A stretch of 64,000 nucleotides of DNA from Octopus vulgaris. Lineage: Eukaryota. Both the position numbers and the translations under genes were made by a program. How positions within the stretch are numbered: position 1 is the stretch's first letter; every line of letters starts with the position of its first letter. The DNA is taken from the NCBI GenBank assembly GCA_951406725.2, contig OX597834.1, positions 2,170,001-2,234,000 on the forward strand, in the 5' to 3' direction. This document shows, in pieces, positions 13,741-26,162 of the stretch. The notes below the pieces were generated by a model. The model was given only the letters and a program-made list of their open reading frames with translations, did not search any database and had not been told where the DNA came from.

Positions 13741-14181
13741 ATTACTATTTTTTGTAGTAGTAGTAGTAATAATAGTAGTAGTAGTAGTAGCAGCAGCAGC
13801 ATTATTATGTTTGGAATTTTTTACTTTGAAATTTTTTTTGTGTTGTTATTATAAAGCTGTGAGAATTGTCAGCTCATATTTTTCTGTCTTTCATGAAATA
13901 TTTAAGAAATCATGTGTGTGTGTGCCCCCCCCACACACACACATAATACATAGATATAGAATGTTTGTCTTCATTTTACTTACACTTTCCACATGCTCAC
14001 ACGTCTGTGTACACACACACACACACACACACATGCATGCACACACTTCTATAATTCCTTACATTGTCTAAAGAAATTCCAAAGATAACAGAGAAGATAT
14101 TTCTTTCTGTTTTAAATTCTTTTCTCTCTTCATCCGCCCCCCAACTCTGTCATTCTCTCTCTCATTCCACTACTCTATATG

Positions 14182-14227
<46 letters not shown>

Positions 14228-14524
14228 TGTGTCTGCGTGTGTGTGTGTGTGTGTGTGTGTCTGTGTGTGTGTATTGTATAGACATACACATATAGCTGTG
14301 TACATGCACTGTTTATAGTATAAAAGAGAAAAAGTACTCAATACAAGATGTTTGGGTGTATCTTGAAAGCTTGGAGGTTGAAACTTTGAAGTCACTGTCA
14401 CCTTCTCTTCTTGTAGAAGTATAAGAAAAAATTACTCTTCTAAAAAACATTGAGTAATTCTTCATTTTAACGTTCAATAGTTTTTATTATAAAACAACAT
14501 AAAGAAAAAGCAACAAACATATAT

Positions 14525-14581
14525 ATTATTATCATTTTCATTATTATTATTATTATCATTTTATTATTATTATTATTATCA

Positions 14582-14614
<33 letters not shown>

Positions 14615-14678
14615 CATTATTATTATTATTATTGTTATTATTATTATCATTATTATTATTATTATCATTATTATTATT

Positions 14679-14740
<62 letters not shown>
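14525..14740. repeat. Long (TTA)n microsatellite
   Basis: About 70 imperfect TTA/TCA units. Confidence 0.95.
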
Positions 14741-14895
14741 TTCAGTATTGGTCTTATTGCTGGTGTAATTTATAAATGCTTTGATATCTCTCATATGGTT
14801 TCAGTGAACCTTCAAGTGCTCGGCCACCCTTCTGTTGATCCTTCCTGTTCCTAAGAGGTCGATGCTCTTCAGAACATTCCATTCTCATTTCCATC
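14741..14895 (-). mobile_element. Old R4/Dong-like 3' remnant
   Basis: LLGTGRINRRVAEHLK on the minus strand between two (TTA)n arrays. Confidence 0.5.
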
Positions 14896-14908
14896 TTTAT
14901 TATTATTA

Positions 14909-14950
<42 letters not shown>

Positions 14951-14954
14951 TATT

Positions 14955-15097
14955 GCCTTTGCACAGCTTCTAATGCTGGAGATGTAGTACAGTGTCAGCT
15001 GTTCACTACCAGGGAACTAAGGTAACACCTCTTATTTTCCGAGCACCTTCTGGAGTATTCGAGTGGTTCCAAGCAATGCAGTTTTCTGCAACTGCTA
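14955..15097 (-). mobile_element. Short 3' end of R4/Dong-like element, same family as 25023-25364
   Basis: QLQKTALLGTTRILQKVLGK*; shared 3' UTR gcacagcttctaa(t/c)gctggagatg. Confidence 0.8.
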
Positions 15098-15099
15098 TC

Positions 15100-15432
15100 C
15101 TCCTCCTCCGCCTCCTTATCACGTGGCTTTCGCTGCCCTCCCAAGCGCAGCTCTGTGTGCCTTGCATATGTGCTGTGGTTTGTTGTGGTGCTCTTATTTT
15201 CACTGCATTGAAAGTGCTTTGCGTAGGATGTGTGCGGTGCCTAGTTGTGCTATTTTCTGTATGTTATATACATTCATTAGTCCTGGTGTTTTGGTTATGT
15301 ATTTATCTGAGTGCTTTTTAATTATACTTAATGCACCTGTTATTATAGGGATTGTTTGTGATTTTAGGCTCCACATTCGGGTTACCTCTATTTCCAGATC
15401 TTTGTATTTTGAGAGTTTCTCTGTTTAGTAGA
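15100..15432 (-). mobile_element. 3' end of second R4/Dong-like family
   Basis: Minus strand reads EKLSKYKDLEIEVTRMWSLKSQTIPIITGAL...IQKIAQLGTAHILRKALSMQ*; adjacent (TTA)n. Confidence 0.8.
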
Positions 15433-15446
15433 AAGGATTATTATCA

Positions 15447-15477
<31 letters not shown>

Positions 15478-15849
15478 TATTATTATTATAAGGGTAGTAA
15501 ATCGGGATCATTCCCATGCTGGACAAAATGCTTTATGGCATTTTTTGTTCTTTGTTTTGAGTTCAAGTGCTGCTGAGACCAACTTTGCATTTCACACTAT
15601 CAATAAAATAAAGTACCAGTCATGTACTGGGGTCAATATAATTGACTGATACCCCCTCCACCACCACCAAAAAACCAAAAGTTGCCAGTCAAAGTTTGAA
15701 ACAATTATTTATTATTTATTTTTTTTTGATTGGTCTCAAGAACGGTCGTTAAGGACCACAGAAAGCAATTGGCAGCGAGTTAGAGATTGTGTGAGATGAT
15801 GAGAGAAAGAGTAGCAACAATGTCTCTTGAGATTTTTGCTTCATATTTC

Positions 15850-16330
15850 AAACAGTGAGAACCAATCAGAAGAAAGTTCACACCAAATCCTGGACTCTCC
15901 TCAGTTTCAAAAAGGCAAGTGTCCACTTCATGTTCCCATCCATGGCCTAACAGAAGATTTACTCAATCCACTCATTGTCACTCTATCACTTTTACTGAAT
16001 TTACTGGACGCCAACACTTACCTCTTCCTTCGCTCTCTGTCTCATTTTCAAGAGGTGCTTGAAAAACTTGATGAGGGATTGGCCTGAGTGACAAGAGAAC
16101 CCTGTTGTCAAACGTTTGAACTACACCCACCCAACTATCTCTATCACCATAGTTACAAGACAGAGAGGCACAGTCAACTTCCCTGTTCAAGGAATGTCAT
16201 GTTATGTGAGAGGCAGGATCTTCACAATGGACTTCACTGAGAGTCAGATCCGCTTCTAGAGAAAGGCTGTTAAAACAGCTGTTTGACATATACAGTAAAC
16301 ATTACCTAATCATCAGATCTACTTCCACCC
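15850..16330 (+). mobile_element. Possible Penelope-like GIY-YIG remnant
   Basis: ENPVVKRLNYTH (cf. PVAxHFNxxxH) and a downstream aaaacagctgt hammerhead-like relic. Confidence 0.3.
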
Positions 16331-16523
16331 TCTTCTTACAAGTCTCCATTTAAATTTTTAATTAATTTTAATTTTAGATTTCTCTCCCTTGCTTTCTTTC
16401 AAAAGAATTGTCATTAGTGTCAATGATTTTTTTTCCCTATGTAAGTGAGATATCAATTATATTTCGTTTTGGGATTTGGTTTGCAAGATTCTTTATGTGA
16501 GTTCGTGTGTTGAAGTATATTCT

Positions 16524-16673
16524 GTTGTGTCTGGGGAGAGTCATTTTCTTTTTGTGCCTTATAATTTAACACACTCACCGGTAAAATTTCCACTTATTTC
16601 TTATTTATATTTTCTTAGAATTTTCGTTGCGTCTTGCAACCTTTTCAATAGTCTTGACAAACACAGATGCAAA

Positions 16674-16712
<39 letters not shown>

Positions 16713-16846
16713 GTCAAGACTATTGAAAAGGTTGCAAGATGTAACAAAAATTTTAGGAAAATAAAAATAAGAAATGAGTGGAAATTTTACCGGTGAGTGT
16801 GTTAAATTATAAGGCACAAAAAGAAAATGACTCTCCCCAGACACAA
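16524..16846. repeat. Long inverted repeat (about 135-bp arms, (CA)n spacer)
   Basis: gttgtgtctggggagagtc...caatagtcttgaca / tgtcaagactattg...gactctccccagacacaac; third copy about 41917-42047. Confidence 0.92.
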
Positions 16847-17285
16847 CGAAATATCAGTTGATTAAACACTATTTTTAGTTCATTACATGAAGTCTGAGAT
16901 TTGAAATCTTATCTTATCCTTTAAATTGTTTGAAAGATTTATTCACCTTCTCCTCAGTCAGTACTTTCTTTGGGTATTCTTTGTGACTATTACAATATCT
17001 CATTTTATAAGCACTTTGGTTTTGTGAGTAATTGTGAATCTCCTTCCATTCAGGATATGTATAGCGAGAGAGAGAGAGGGTTCCTGATAGATTTTGGTTA
17101 AATGATAACAATATACTGTCGCTTTCAAACAAGCAGTGTCATTCATTTCCAATTTTCTACAAGAGAATGTCTGTCCATGGGGAAATTTTCCCTTGCTTGG
17201 AAGATAGTATCCTGGCAATATCGGGGCTTGGAAAATCTTCCGAGCACTCAACAATACTCATACATACATGCATACATCATACATT

Positions 17286-17323
<38 letters not shown>

Positions 17324-17329
17324 CACACT

Positions 17330-17530
17330 TTATTCTTTTACTTGTTTAAGTCTTTTGACTGCAGCCATGCTGGAGCACCACTTTTTGTTGAACTGCTAAG
17401 TTATGGGGACATAAACACACCAACATTGGTTGTTAGGTGATGGTGGGGGAACAAACGCAGATCAAAAACACACTCACACACACACATATATGTAAATACA
17501 TACATACATATCTATCTATCTATCTATCTA

Positions 17531-17584
<54 letters not shown>

Positions 17585-17699
17585 GCTTCTTTCTGTTCTT
17601 GTCCACCAAATCCACACACAAGGTGCCACAATGTGGGATTGAACCCAGAACCATGTGATTGGGAATCAAGCTTTTTACCACTCAGTCATGCCTGCACCT
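17330..17699 (-). mobile_element. SINE family A copy
   Basis: Reverse complement of head and tail motifs, internally deleted. Confidence 0.7.
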
Positions 17700-18111
17700 A
17701 TGTATGTATATTTATATACAAATGCTGTGTCAGTAAAAGAATTATTGTCAACTATTTATCTAAATGACTCACAACATTCAACAACAGTTTCAAGGAAATG
17801 CCTACAAGGACACGTAAATAAAAATATATTGTTTCCTTTTAGATTCCATTATCTGTAAAACCAGCCTTTTTTGATCCAACCTTCACTCAATGACAAAAAC
17901 ATTGGACACCTACGTTGGTAACCAAACAGGTGTGGTGTCTTGATTGCTTGGCTAAAATAACACAGGGTGACTGTTTGACCAAAGAAGTGGAATCGAGTCT
18001 ATTTAGGTTGTTTATAAATAAGTTTTTTAGTCTGGTGACTGGCCAAACACTGGAAATATCTGATATCTATAGTTTTCTTTACTGGAAATACTGGATGTGT
18101 GTGTGTATATG

Positions 18112-18160
<49 letters not shown>

Positions 18161-18414
18161 GGAAAGAGAGAGAGAGAGCCATCAAAATCCTCAGTTATTT
18201 TGGTAATAATTCTGACTTATTTTTCCTGTGATAAGCTTTTATTTAAAGAATTTTCTGTTACACCTTCTGAGCAAAATTGTTAGACAAAAACTGTGTAGAA
18301 GCCCATTGTGTGTGTGTGTGTGCATGCGTGTGTGTACATAAGTATGCATGTATGTATACATGCACTAGTATGCGTGTAGTATATGTGTAAAGAAAGAATA
18401 CAAATGAGTTAAGT

Positions 18415-18511
18415 TTCACTACAGCTGTTTCAGACCTTTTTTTTTTTTATTGATGAATAAAACTTATTACATCATGGGGGGGGGGGGGGAGAACCGTTTT
18501 CTTCAGGTGAA
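18415..18511 (-). ncRNA. Type I hammerhead ribozyme motif
   Basis: Minus strand: TTCAC-CTGAAGA-...-GAAAC-AGCT-GTA-GTGAA; perfect stem I, stem II eroded by homopolymers. Confidence 0.6.
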
Positions 18512-19354
18512 TTAAAGTTCAAAATTTGGTCCAGAAAATACCAAGATGTGGAATGTGTGTTGACCCTTTCATTTTGGCAACGAGTGAGAGAGTGAATCTA
18601 TATCTACACAAAGCCAAATATCATGTATATATATGTGTGTGTATGGATGGGTGGATGTACGTGTGTGTGAATGTGTGTGTGTATATTTATATATGTATGT
18701 GTGTATGGATGTGTTCTGTGCAGAATCTAGGCTGGTCACAAAGTAAGAAGCAAATCTGCTTTGTTAGGATTTCTGCTTATTTGTATTGGTTGGTGTATGC
18801 GTGTATAAATGTGTGTGATGTGTGCTTGTGGATGAACGTGCGTTCATGGCTGTGCACATCACATCAGAACAGAAAGCATGTGTGTATGCTTATATGTATA
18901 TACATTCACTTATCCATTCTTGCATGGCTCAGACAGAATTTGTTGAAGCAGATTTTTGTATGGCCAGGTGCCCTTCCTGTCACCAACCCTCACCTGGTCC
19001 CAAGCAAGGTAGTACTTCCCAACAGCCAGACAGATTCCCACAAGATTTGAAACAAAGGATGGGCTTGTATGATGGTTTGCTTGTTTATGATGACTCTTGC
19101 ATGACGGCAAAACAAGGCGACATAAACACACACATCCATACACATATACACACAAGTGTATATGTTCACCCATACAAACACACACACACACACATGACAA
19201 GCTCTTTTCAGTTTCCATCTGCCAAATTCACTCACAAGGCTTTGGTTGGTCTGTAGCTATAGTAGAAAACACTTGGTCAAGGTGCCACTCCGTAGGACTG
19301 AACCCAGAACCATGTGAAAAGAAGCAAGCTTCTTACCACACAGCCATGTCTGTG

Positions 19355-19400
<46 letters not shown>

Positions 19401-19520
19401 TGATGAGTTGTCCATAGAGCTAAGTGCTTTATGGATGTGAAACCATTAGTTACTCTATGACTGGACATATACTTAACTACACACACAACTGTAAAACATA
19501 AATGTCACCACAACAACATG

Positions 19521-19561
19521 AACCTGAAGATTGCATAGTTTAATGCATGAAAGTACTAGTT
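19521..19561 (+). ncRNA. Minimal type I hammerhead ribozyme motif
   Basis: AAC-CTGAAGA-t-TGCAT agttta ATGCA-t-GAAA-GTAC-TA-GTT; palindromic stem III AGTACT, CUA triplet. Confidence 0.6.
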
Positions 19562-19788
19562 GAATCAAAATAGACATATAATATTCTATCATTTCATTAT
19601 CTTATATTATATTATTATAAGATTGCATATAAAACGTGAAAATTAGACGAAGTTGGAATGTCTTTGAGTAATATATATATATATATATATATTTCAACAA
19701 TTGAGGGTAAAATTAATTAATTATTAATCAATTTCACCAAGTATTCAGTATGTAAAGGGACCATTTTAGGCGAATTCAAAATATTACA

Positions 19789-19922
19789 TTATATATAAGG
19801 GCTTAGTAAAATAAATTACTTTGCCACATACTGAACTCATTAGAAATAGCTGAAGAAATTTCTTTAGCTGCTATTTCTAATGAGTTCAGTATGTGGCAAA
19901 GTAATTTATTTTACTAAGCCCT

Positions 19923-19931
<9 letters not shown>
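19789..19931. repeat. Near-perfect palindrome (about 62-bp arms)
   Basis: ttatatataagggcttag...cattagaaatagc (19789-19850) is the reverse complement of 19870-19931; centre agaaatttct. Confidence 0.92.
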
Positions 19932-20012
<81 letters not shown>

Positions 20013-20067
20013 TAAATAGAAAATGGAGACAAACACTCAAGATGTTATTAAATTGTTTATATCTTCA

Positions 20068-20158
20068 TATCTCCTACACATCTTTTGATGGATGCATCCA
20101 AAATACATCTGACAGGATGAATAATGATCAGGAATGCATCAATCTCTTCAGGGAGGAT
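20068..20158 (-). pseudogene. Inactivated hammerhead motif
   Basis: Minus strand: CTCC-CTGAAGA-GATTGATGCAT...ATGCATCCATC-AAAAG-atgt-GTA-GGAG; GAAAC core mutated. Confidence 0.45.
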
Positions 20159-21493
20159 ATAAACAACAGCACTCATCAAATAGACATTTTAACAGATATA
20201 TGAAGCTCCAGGAAATGTGACATATATATATGCATATGCAAACACACATACATCATCATCATCATCATCATCATCATTTAACGTCCGTTTTCCATGCTGG
20301 CACGGGTTGGACGGTTCGACCGGGGTCTGGGAAGCCAGGGGCTGCTCCAGGCTCCAGTCTGATCTGGCAGAGTTTCTACGGCTGGATGCCCTTCCTAACG
20401 CCAACCACTCCACTCCATATACATATATATATATACACATACATATGATGGTCTTTTTCCAGTTTCCAGATCCCAAAGTTATTCGCAAGGCTTTGTTAGG
20501 CTTGAGGCTTCAATAGAAGACCCCTGTTCAAGATGCTGTGTTATGGAGTTGACCCTACCATAGTCAAGGGATTTACTTTCCACCACATGGTTGAGATGCA
20601 CACTTCTTAACCACACACACACACACACACACACACATATCATATGTAATAATAAAAATAATAACAGTGATTATATTTGTCTATATATATATGTATGTTT
20701 ATATGTGTGTGTGTGTGTGTGTGAATATAATCATGATAATGTCTATAGACTTAAGAGAAAGTTGGTAAACTGGATAATTTCTTCTAACAAAGGTTTTGTG
20801 CCAATGACATAAGTCCACCTTAGTCATCATTGAGACTGAAATAGACGGAGATGTATCTATATCTGTGGGGATTATATATAGATACACACCTCTCTGTCTA
20901 TCCATACACACACACACACACAATCGTATACAGTTACACAGGCATATATATACTTGAGTGGGTGTATAGGCATCTCTTTGTCTTTATCTATCTATCTATA
21001 TACATACATGCATACACACACACACACACACACACATTTGTTCCTCTGCAATGACAAGTTCAAAAGGATTTAGCAATTTATTGTTATTTGTAATTCATAC
21101 CCTGTAGTTTACTGATGGGAGTTTGAATGTATCAAAGACACACAGACAGACGGGCAGGCAGACGGGCAGTGAAGCCACTGGGCTGTGTTTCTGTCTGTTT
21201 CTAACCCAGATCTGCTTGATTGGTTTATCTGTTTGTGATTCATAATTAAATATAGAAATAATTAAAATTTTTAGTGCTTTTTCATCTATTGGCATCACTT
21301 TCTTGTTTTCTCTCCCTCCCCCCCTCTCTCTCTCTCTCTTTCCCCATTGATCTATGTATCTGTCTGTCTATTTCTCTGCTGTCTGTCTGTGTGTCCACTC
21401 ACACACATTTCTCTCTGTAAAATACTGCATGCATTAAATGTGTGTGCAGTGTCACATGGTGGTGAGACATGGACATTGAATGTGGAAGCTGGG

Positions 21494-21526
<33 letters not shown>

Positions 21527-21608
21527 TCAAGTATGAATCGTTTAGGTTTATAATATTAATTTATACGAAAGGGCAAAGAGAGAAGGAGAGAGAGGGGGGG
21601 GGAAACAG

Positions 21609-21639
<31 letters not shown>

Positions 21640-22463
21640 ACGGGAGATCTGAGTGTACTGGGATGGAAATGTGTGTTGGGAATTAGGTGTGTGGGGAGTG
21701 GGAGCTGAGGGGTGGTACCACGGCGTAGGGAACTAGTTGTTGTTTACCTCCATCGTGTGTTTTGTATTGCATACCTTGGAGTACATTAGTCAACATGTGT
21801 TTCTGTAACCAAGTCAGCAGTAGGATGTCATTTGAGGGAGATTTGGCTGTCATTTCTAGTAGATCAAGTAACCATATAAAGGCTCTGTTAGAGGCAGGTG
21901 CATGTAGTGATGATGATGCTGATGGTGCTGAAATAGTTGTGTTAATGATGGTAAAGATGATGATGATGATGATGATGGGGATGTTGATGCTTGGGTTGTT
22001 GGTGGGGATCCTTTTTGGAACCACAAACCATTTCTCTATTCCTCAAAGCAAATTTCCAAAAGTGGACAGATTCTTTACAAGGTACAGACTTGAGACAGAA
22101 AAAGAATCAAGCAAGAGAAGGTGTTGAAAGGAATTGAACCCCTATTGCTTACCTGGTAAATTGTGTTACCAGTGTGAGACTTGAAATAAGTGCTGGGGGT
22201 TATGGAATCAACAGAAACCCTTACAGATGCTGAGCCAGTGCACCAGCATGGCCTCAGTCAAATGACTGGAATCAGCAACTGAAAACTATATACATACATA
22301 TATATATAAATTAGAAAAAAAACCACCTTTCATCAATTCAGTAATGAAAAATTAAATTATGCCATCTAGAAAATTACATATTATGGAAAGATTAAATATA
22401 AGATAAAACATATAACAATGATTAAGTAATTTTTCCCTATAAGTTTGGAATAATATTCCCTCA

Positions 22464-22507
<44 letters not shown>

Positions 22508-22718
22508 AATAAAGAGTATGGAGACTTGTACATCCACAAAATAATATACAGCAGATTATAATGACCCACACGTGTTTCCATGTTTCTGACAATTTTTACC
22601 GTCCAGCAAAGAGTACACAGAATCACTCATCGGAAGTATTCACACAGTGACTAACAACTAAATGTAGACACAGATGTTAGGTTCTGATCCTCGTTGTGAC
22701 CTCCAAATTCACTTATAT

Positions 22719-22750
<32 letters not shown>

Positions 22751-23055
22751 CATCATCATCGTTTAACGTCCGTTTTTCGTGCTAGCACGGGTTGGACGGT
22801 TCGACTGGGGTCTGGGAAGCCAGAAGGCTGCATCAGGCTCCAATCTGATCTGGCAGTGTTTCTTCAGCTGGATGCCCTTCTTAACGCCAACCACTCCATG
22901 AGTGTAGTGGGTGCTTTTCATGTGCCAACGGAGGCTGGCAGCAGCCACGATTGGTTGGTGCTTTTTACATGCCACCGGCACAGAAGCCAGTCAAGACGGC
23001 GCTGGCATCGGCCACGTTCGGACGGTGCTTTTTGTGTGCCACCGGCACAGGTATC
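22751..23055 (-). mobile_element. Family C SINE/LINE tail ending in (GAT)n
   Basis: catcatcgtttaacgtccgttttt...gcacgggttggacggttcgac. Similar copies about 3795-3965(+), 20251-20412(-), 26355-26535(+), 37228-37445(-), 53455-53660(-), 54740-54828(+). Confidence 0.8.
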
Positions 23056-23569
23056 ACAACTACAATTTCCATTTGATATTTATTTTGATATATATAGAAA
23101 TGCATGTATATATATATATTGGTATAGTTTCCAGTTCCGTTAAGTTAAGATCAGCAAACAATGTACTGCATCCAATGAAAGATAAACATCATTCAATGTA
23201 GACAGAACAACGATATGAGTTGTTAGAAGTTTCTTCATTTAGAAACACAGGTCCAGGCAGGTTTTCATAACGTACCTTATATCTCTGAGCAATCTTCAGA
23301 AAGATGGATGGATAGACAGAAGGATGGATGGGTGTGTGTGTGGGTGCACGCATGCATATATATATTTACACACATGCACACATATATGAATGCATATACA
23401 AACACATACACATTTACACAAGTATGATAGACAGACAGATAGATACTTAGGTGGATTAATAGGTTTGTGTGTGTGTGTGTGCATGCGCATATATATATAT
23501 ATTTACACACACACACACAAATATGATAGGCAACTAGAGAAGTACATTGGTAGATAGAGGTATATATAC

Positions 23570-23613
<44 letters not shown>

Positions 23614-24165
23614 CTGTGTGTATGTGTGTGTGCATATATATATGTATGTATGTATGTATATTCTTATGTAGGCAGGGGAAGAAATAGATGCAGGCTTCTC
23701 TACAATTTCCATTTACCAAACTTTAATTCCCAAAGTGTCGGTCAACTCATGCTTACAGAAGACACTTGAAGGCATCACACAACTGGATTGAACCCCCAAT
23801 GCACTTGCTTACAAAGCAATCCCCTTAAAACCAGACTATACTCCAGTGGACCCTATTTTAGTACAAACCACATTCATGCCCCCACCACATTACAAATGCC
23901 TCATTGTCCAGTTTCTCTAAGTTACTCTAGACGTCCACTTCTACGAGACTGACCGATTCTTATGTGAATCATTCCCACAATATTTGGAAAAGCGATGCTA
24001 ATCCTTTCACTTGAGAAATCCTTCCCCAAACATTCCAAAAGAAAAACTCTCAAGTTTTAATCTGGAGACAAATGTTTCGAATGTTTATTGACACTCGACA
24101 CTTCTCCACATTCCCTCTTTCAGTCCTGTTACTCTTCCTCCTCCTCCTCATCATCATCAGCATTG

Positions 24166-25006
24166 GGCAGTGAGCTGGCAGAAACGTTAGCGCGCCATGC
24201 GAAATGCTTAGCGGTATTTCGTCTGTCGCAACGTTCTGAGTTCAAATTCCGCCGAGGTCGACTTTGCCTTTCATCCTTTCGGGGTCGATAAATTAAGTAC
24301 CAGTTACGCACTGGGGTCGATGTAATCGACTTAATACCTATGTCTGTCCTTGTTTGTCCCCTCTGTGTTTAGCCCCTTGTGGGCAATAAAGAAATAGGTA
24401 TTTTGTCTGTCTTTACGTTCGGAGTTCAAATTCCACCGAGGTCGGCTTTGCCTTTCATCCTTTTGAGGTTGATTAAATAAGTACCAGTTACGCACTGGGG
24501 TCGAAGTAATCGACTTACTCCCTTTGTCCGTCCTTGTTTGTCTGCTCTATGTTTAGTCCCCTTCCCTCCCCGTGGGTAATAAAAAAAATTTTAATTATTA
24601 TTATCATTATTAGCACACCAGGCAAGATGGTTAGCGACATTTCGTCCATCTTTATGTTCTGGGTTCAAATTCCGCCAATGTTGACTTTGCTGTTCATCCT
24701 TTGGGGGCTAGTAAAATAAGTACCAGTTGAGTACTGGGGTCAAAGTAATTGACTAACACCCACCCCTAAAATTCCAGGCCTTGTGCTTATAATATAAAAA
24801 ATTATTATTATTAAGGCAGAATTGTTAGCATGCCAGGCAAAATGCTTAACGGCATTTTATCCGTCTGAATTCAGATTCCGCTGAGGTTGACTTCGCCTTT
24901 CATCCCTTCAGGGTCAATAAATTAAGTACCAGTGAAACACTGGGGTTGATGTAATCAACTAGTCCCCTCCGCACAAATTTCAAACCTTGTACCTTTAGTA
25001 GCAAAG
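24166..25006 (+). mobile_element. Cluster of four family B SINEs (MetaSINE-like central domain)
   Basis: Repeated gagttcaaattccgccgaggtcgactttgcctttcatcctttcggggtcgataaattaagtaccag. Other copies near 45-180, 1015-1230, 6705-6910, 7045-7230(-), 15495-15700, 25390-25610, 36868-37075, 47845-48035(-). The Meta-domain name is from recall. Confidence 0.85.
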
Positions 25007-25022
25007 ATTATTATTATTATTA

Positions 25023-25364
25023 TCTTAGCACAGCTTCTAACGCTGGAGATGCACTATGGTGTCAGCTGTTCACAACCAGTGAACTTAGGTAACAGCCCTC
25101 ATTTTCCGAGCACTTTCCGGAGTATTCGAGCGATCCCAGGCAGTGCTGTTTTCTGCAAGTGCTCCACCCTTACTGCAGCCCCTATTTGCTCCATGTACTT
25201 CTCAAGATTTTTACTCACTGTTCCCAGGGCTCCGACAGTTATTGGTACTACTACCACCTTTTCCATCGACCACAACTGCTTAACCTCCCAAGCTAACCTG
25301 TCATATCTCTCGACTTTTCTTTCTTCCTTATCGCATACCTTGTTGTCAGCTGGGCATGCCATGT
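25023..25364 (-). mobile_element. 3' end of R4/Dong-clade non-LTR retrotransposon (restriction-like endonuclease domain)
   Basis: MACPADNKV...YDRLAWEVKQLW..VVVVPITVGALG...LQKTALPGIARILRKVLGK* plus short 3' UTR, flanked by (TTA)n. Confidence 0.85.
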
Positions 25365-25833
25365 CTTATTATTATTATTATTATTTCTAAGGTGGTGAAC
25401 TGACAAAATCGTTAGTATGTCGGGCAAAATGCTTAGCGCCATTTTCTTTCAGTGCTTTCTATTCTGAATTCAAATTCTGTTGGTGGTCAACTTTGCCCTT
25501 CATCCTTTTCGGGGTCAGTAAAATGAAGTACCAGTCAAGGACTGGGGGTCAGTATACTTGACTAGCCCCCTGCCTCCCACCAAAATTTCAGTCTTTGTAC
25601 CAAAACGTTAAAAGAACTACTACTACTACTACTTATCTGTTGATGTTGTTTGTTTGAACACCACACAGACTGACTCATGCATTCACTCACACTTATATAC
25701 AGTGATGATGATGGTGATGATGGTGATGATGGTGACTATGCCTACATTCACACACACACACATCCGTGGTTGCTGTTTGAGGATGAGGCTGATGACATTA
25801 GAGAAGCATCTTCACTGTTACAAAAACAACCAC

Positions 25834-25870
<37 letters not shown>

Positions 25871-26112
25871 TTCTCTTGCATGACTTGCTGTTGTTGTGGT
25901 GACTTAACCATCCATCCTTTCATCATTTTATCATTTATTAAGTGGCTACTCATCCATTATGTGTGGTGGTGGTGGTGGTGGTGTAGTGGGTGGGGGTATA
26001 ACAGGAAAAATGTATTTTCCGCTTAACTTTGACACAAATCAGTAAATGTCTTGTTTTACTGATTCCTGCTTCAGAACAATCATTTGCAGCTTAGCTCAGC
26101 ACATTTAGGGTT

Positions 26113-26162
26113 ATTCATCACTGAGGAGGCCAAATTAAGTTGAAACACTGTGTCTAGTGAAT
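26113..26162 (+). ncRNA. Hammerhead ribozyme motif, partly decayed
   Basis: attcatca-CTGAGGA-ggccaaattaagtt-GAAAC-ACTGT-GTC-tagtgaat; imperfect stems I and II. Confidence 0.5.

Noticed and set aside
25099-25362. 87-aa ORF as a host gene
   Set aside because: It is the endonuclease C-terminus of a 5'-truncated R4/Dong-like retrotransposon.
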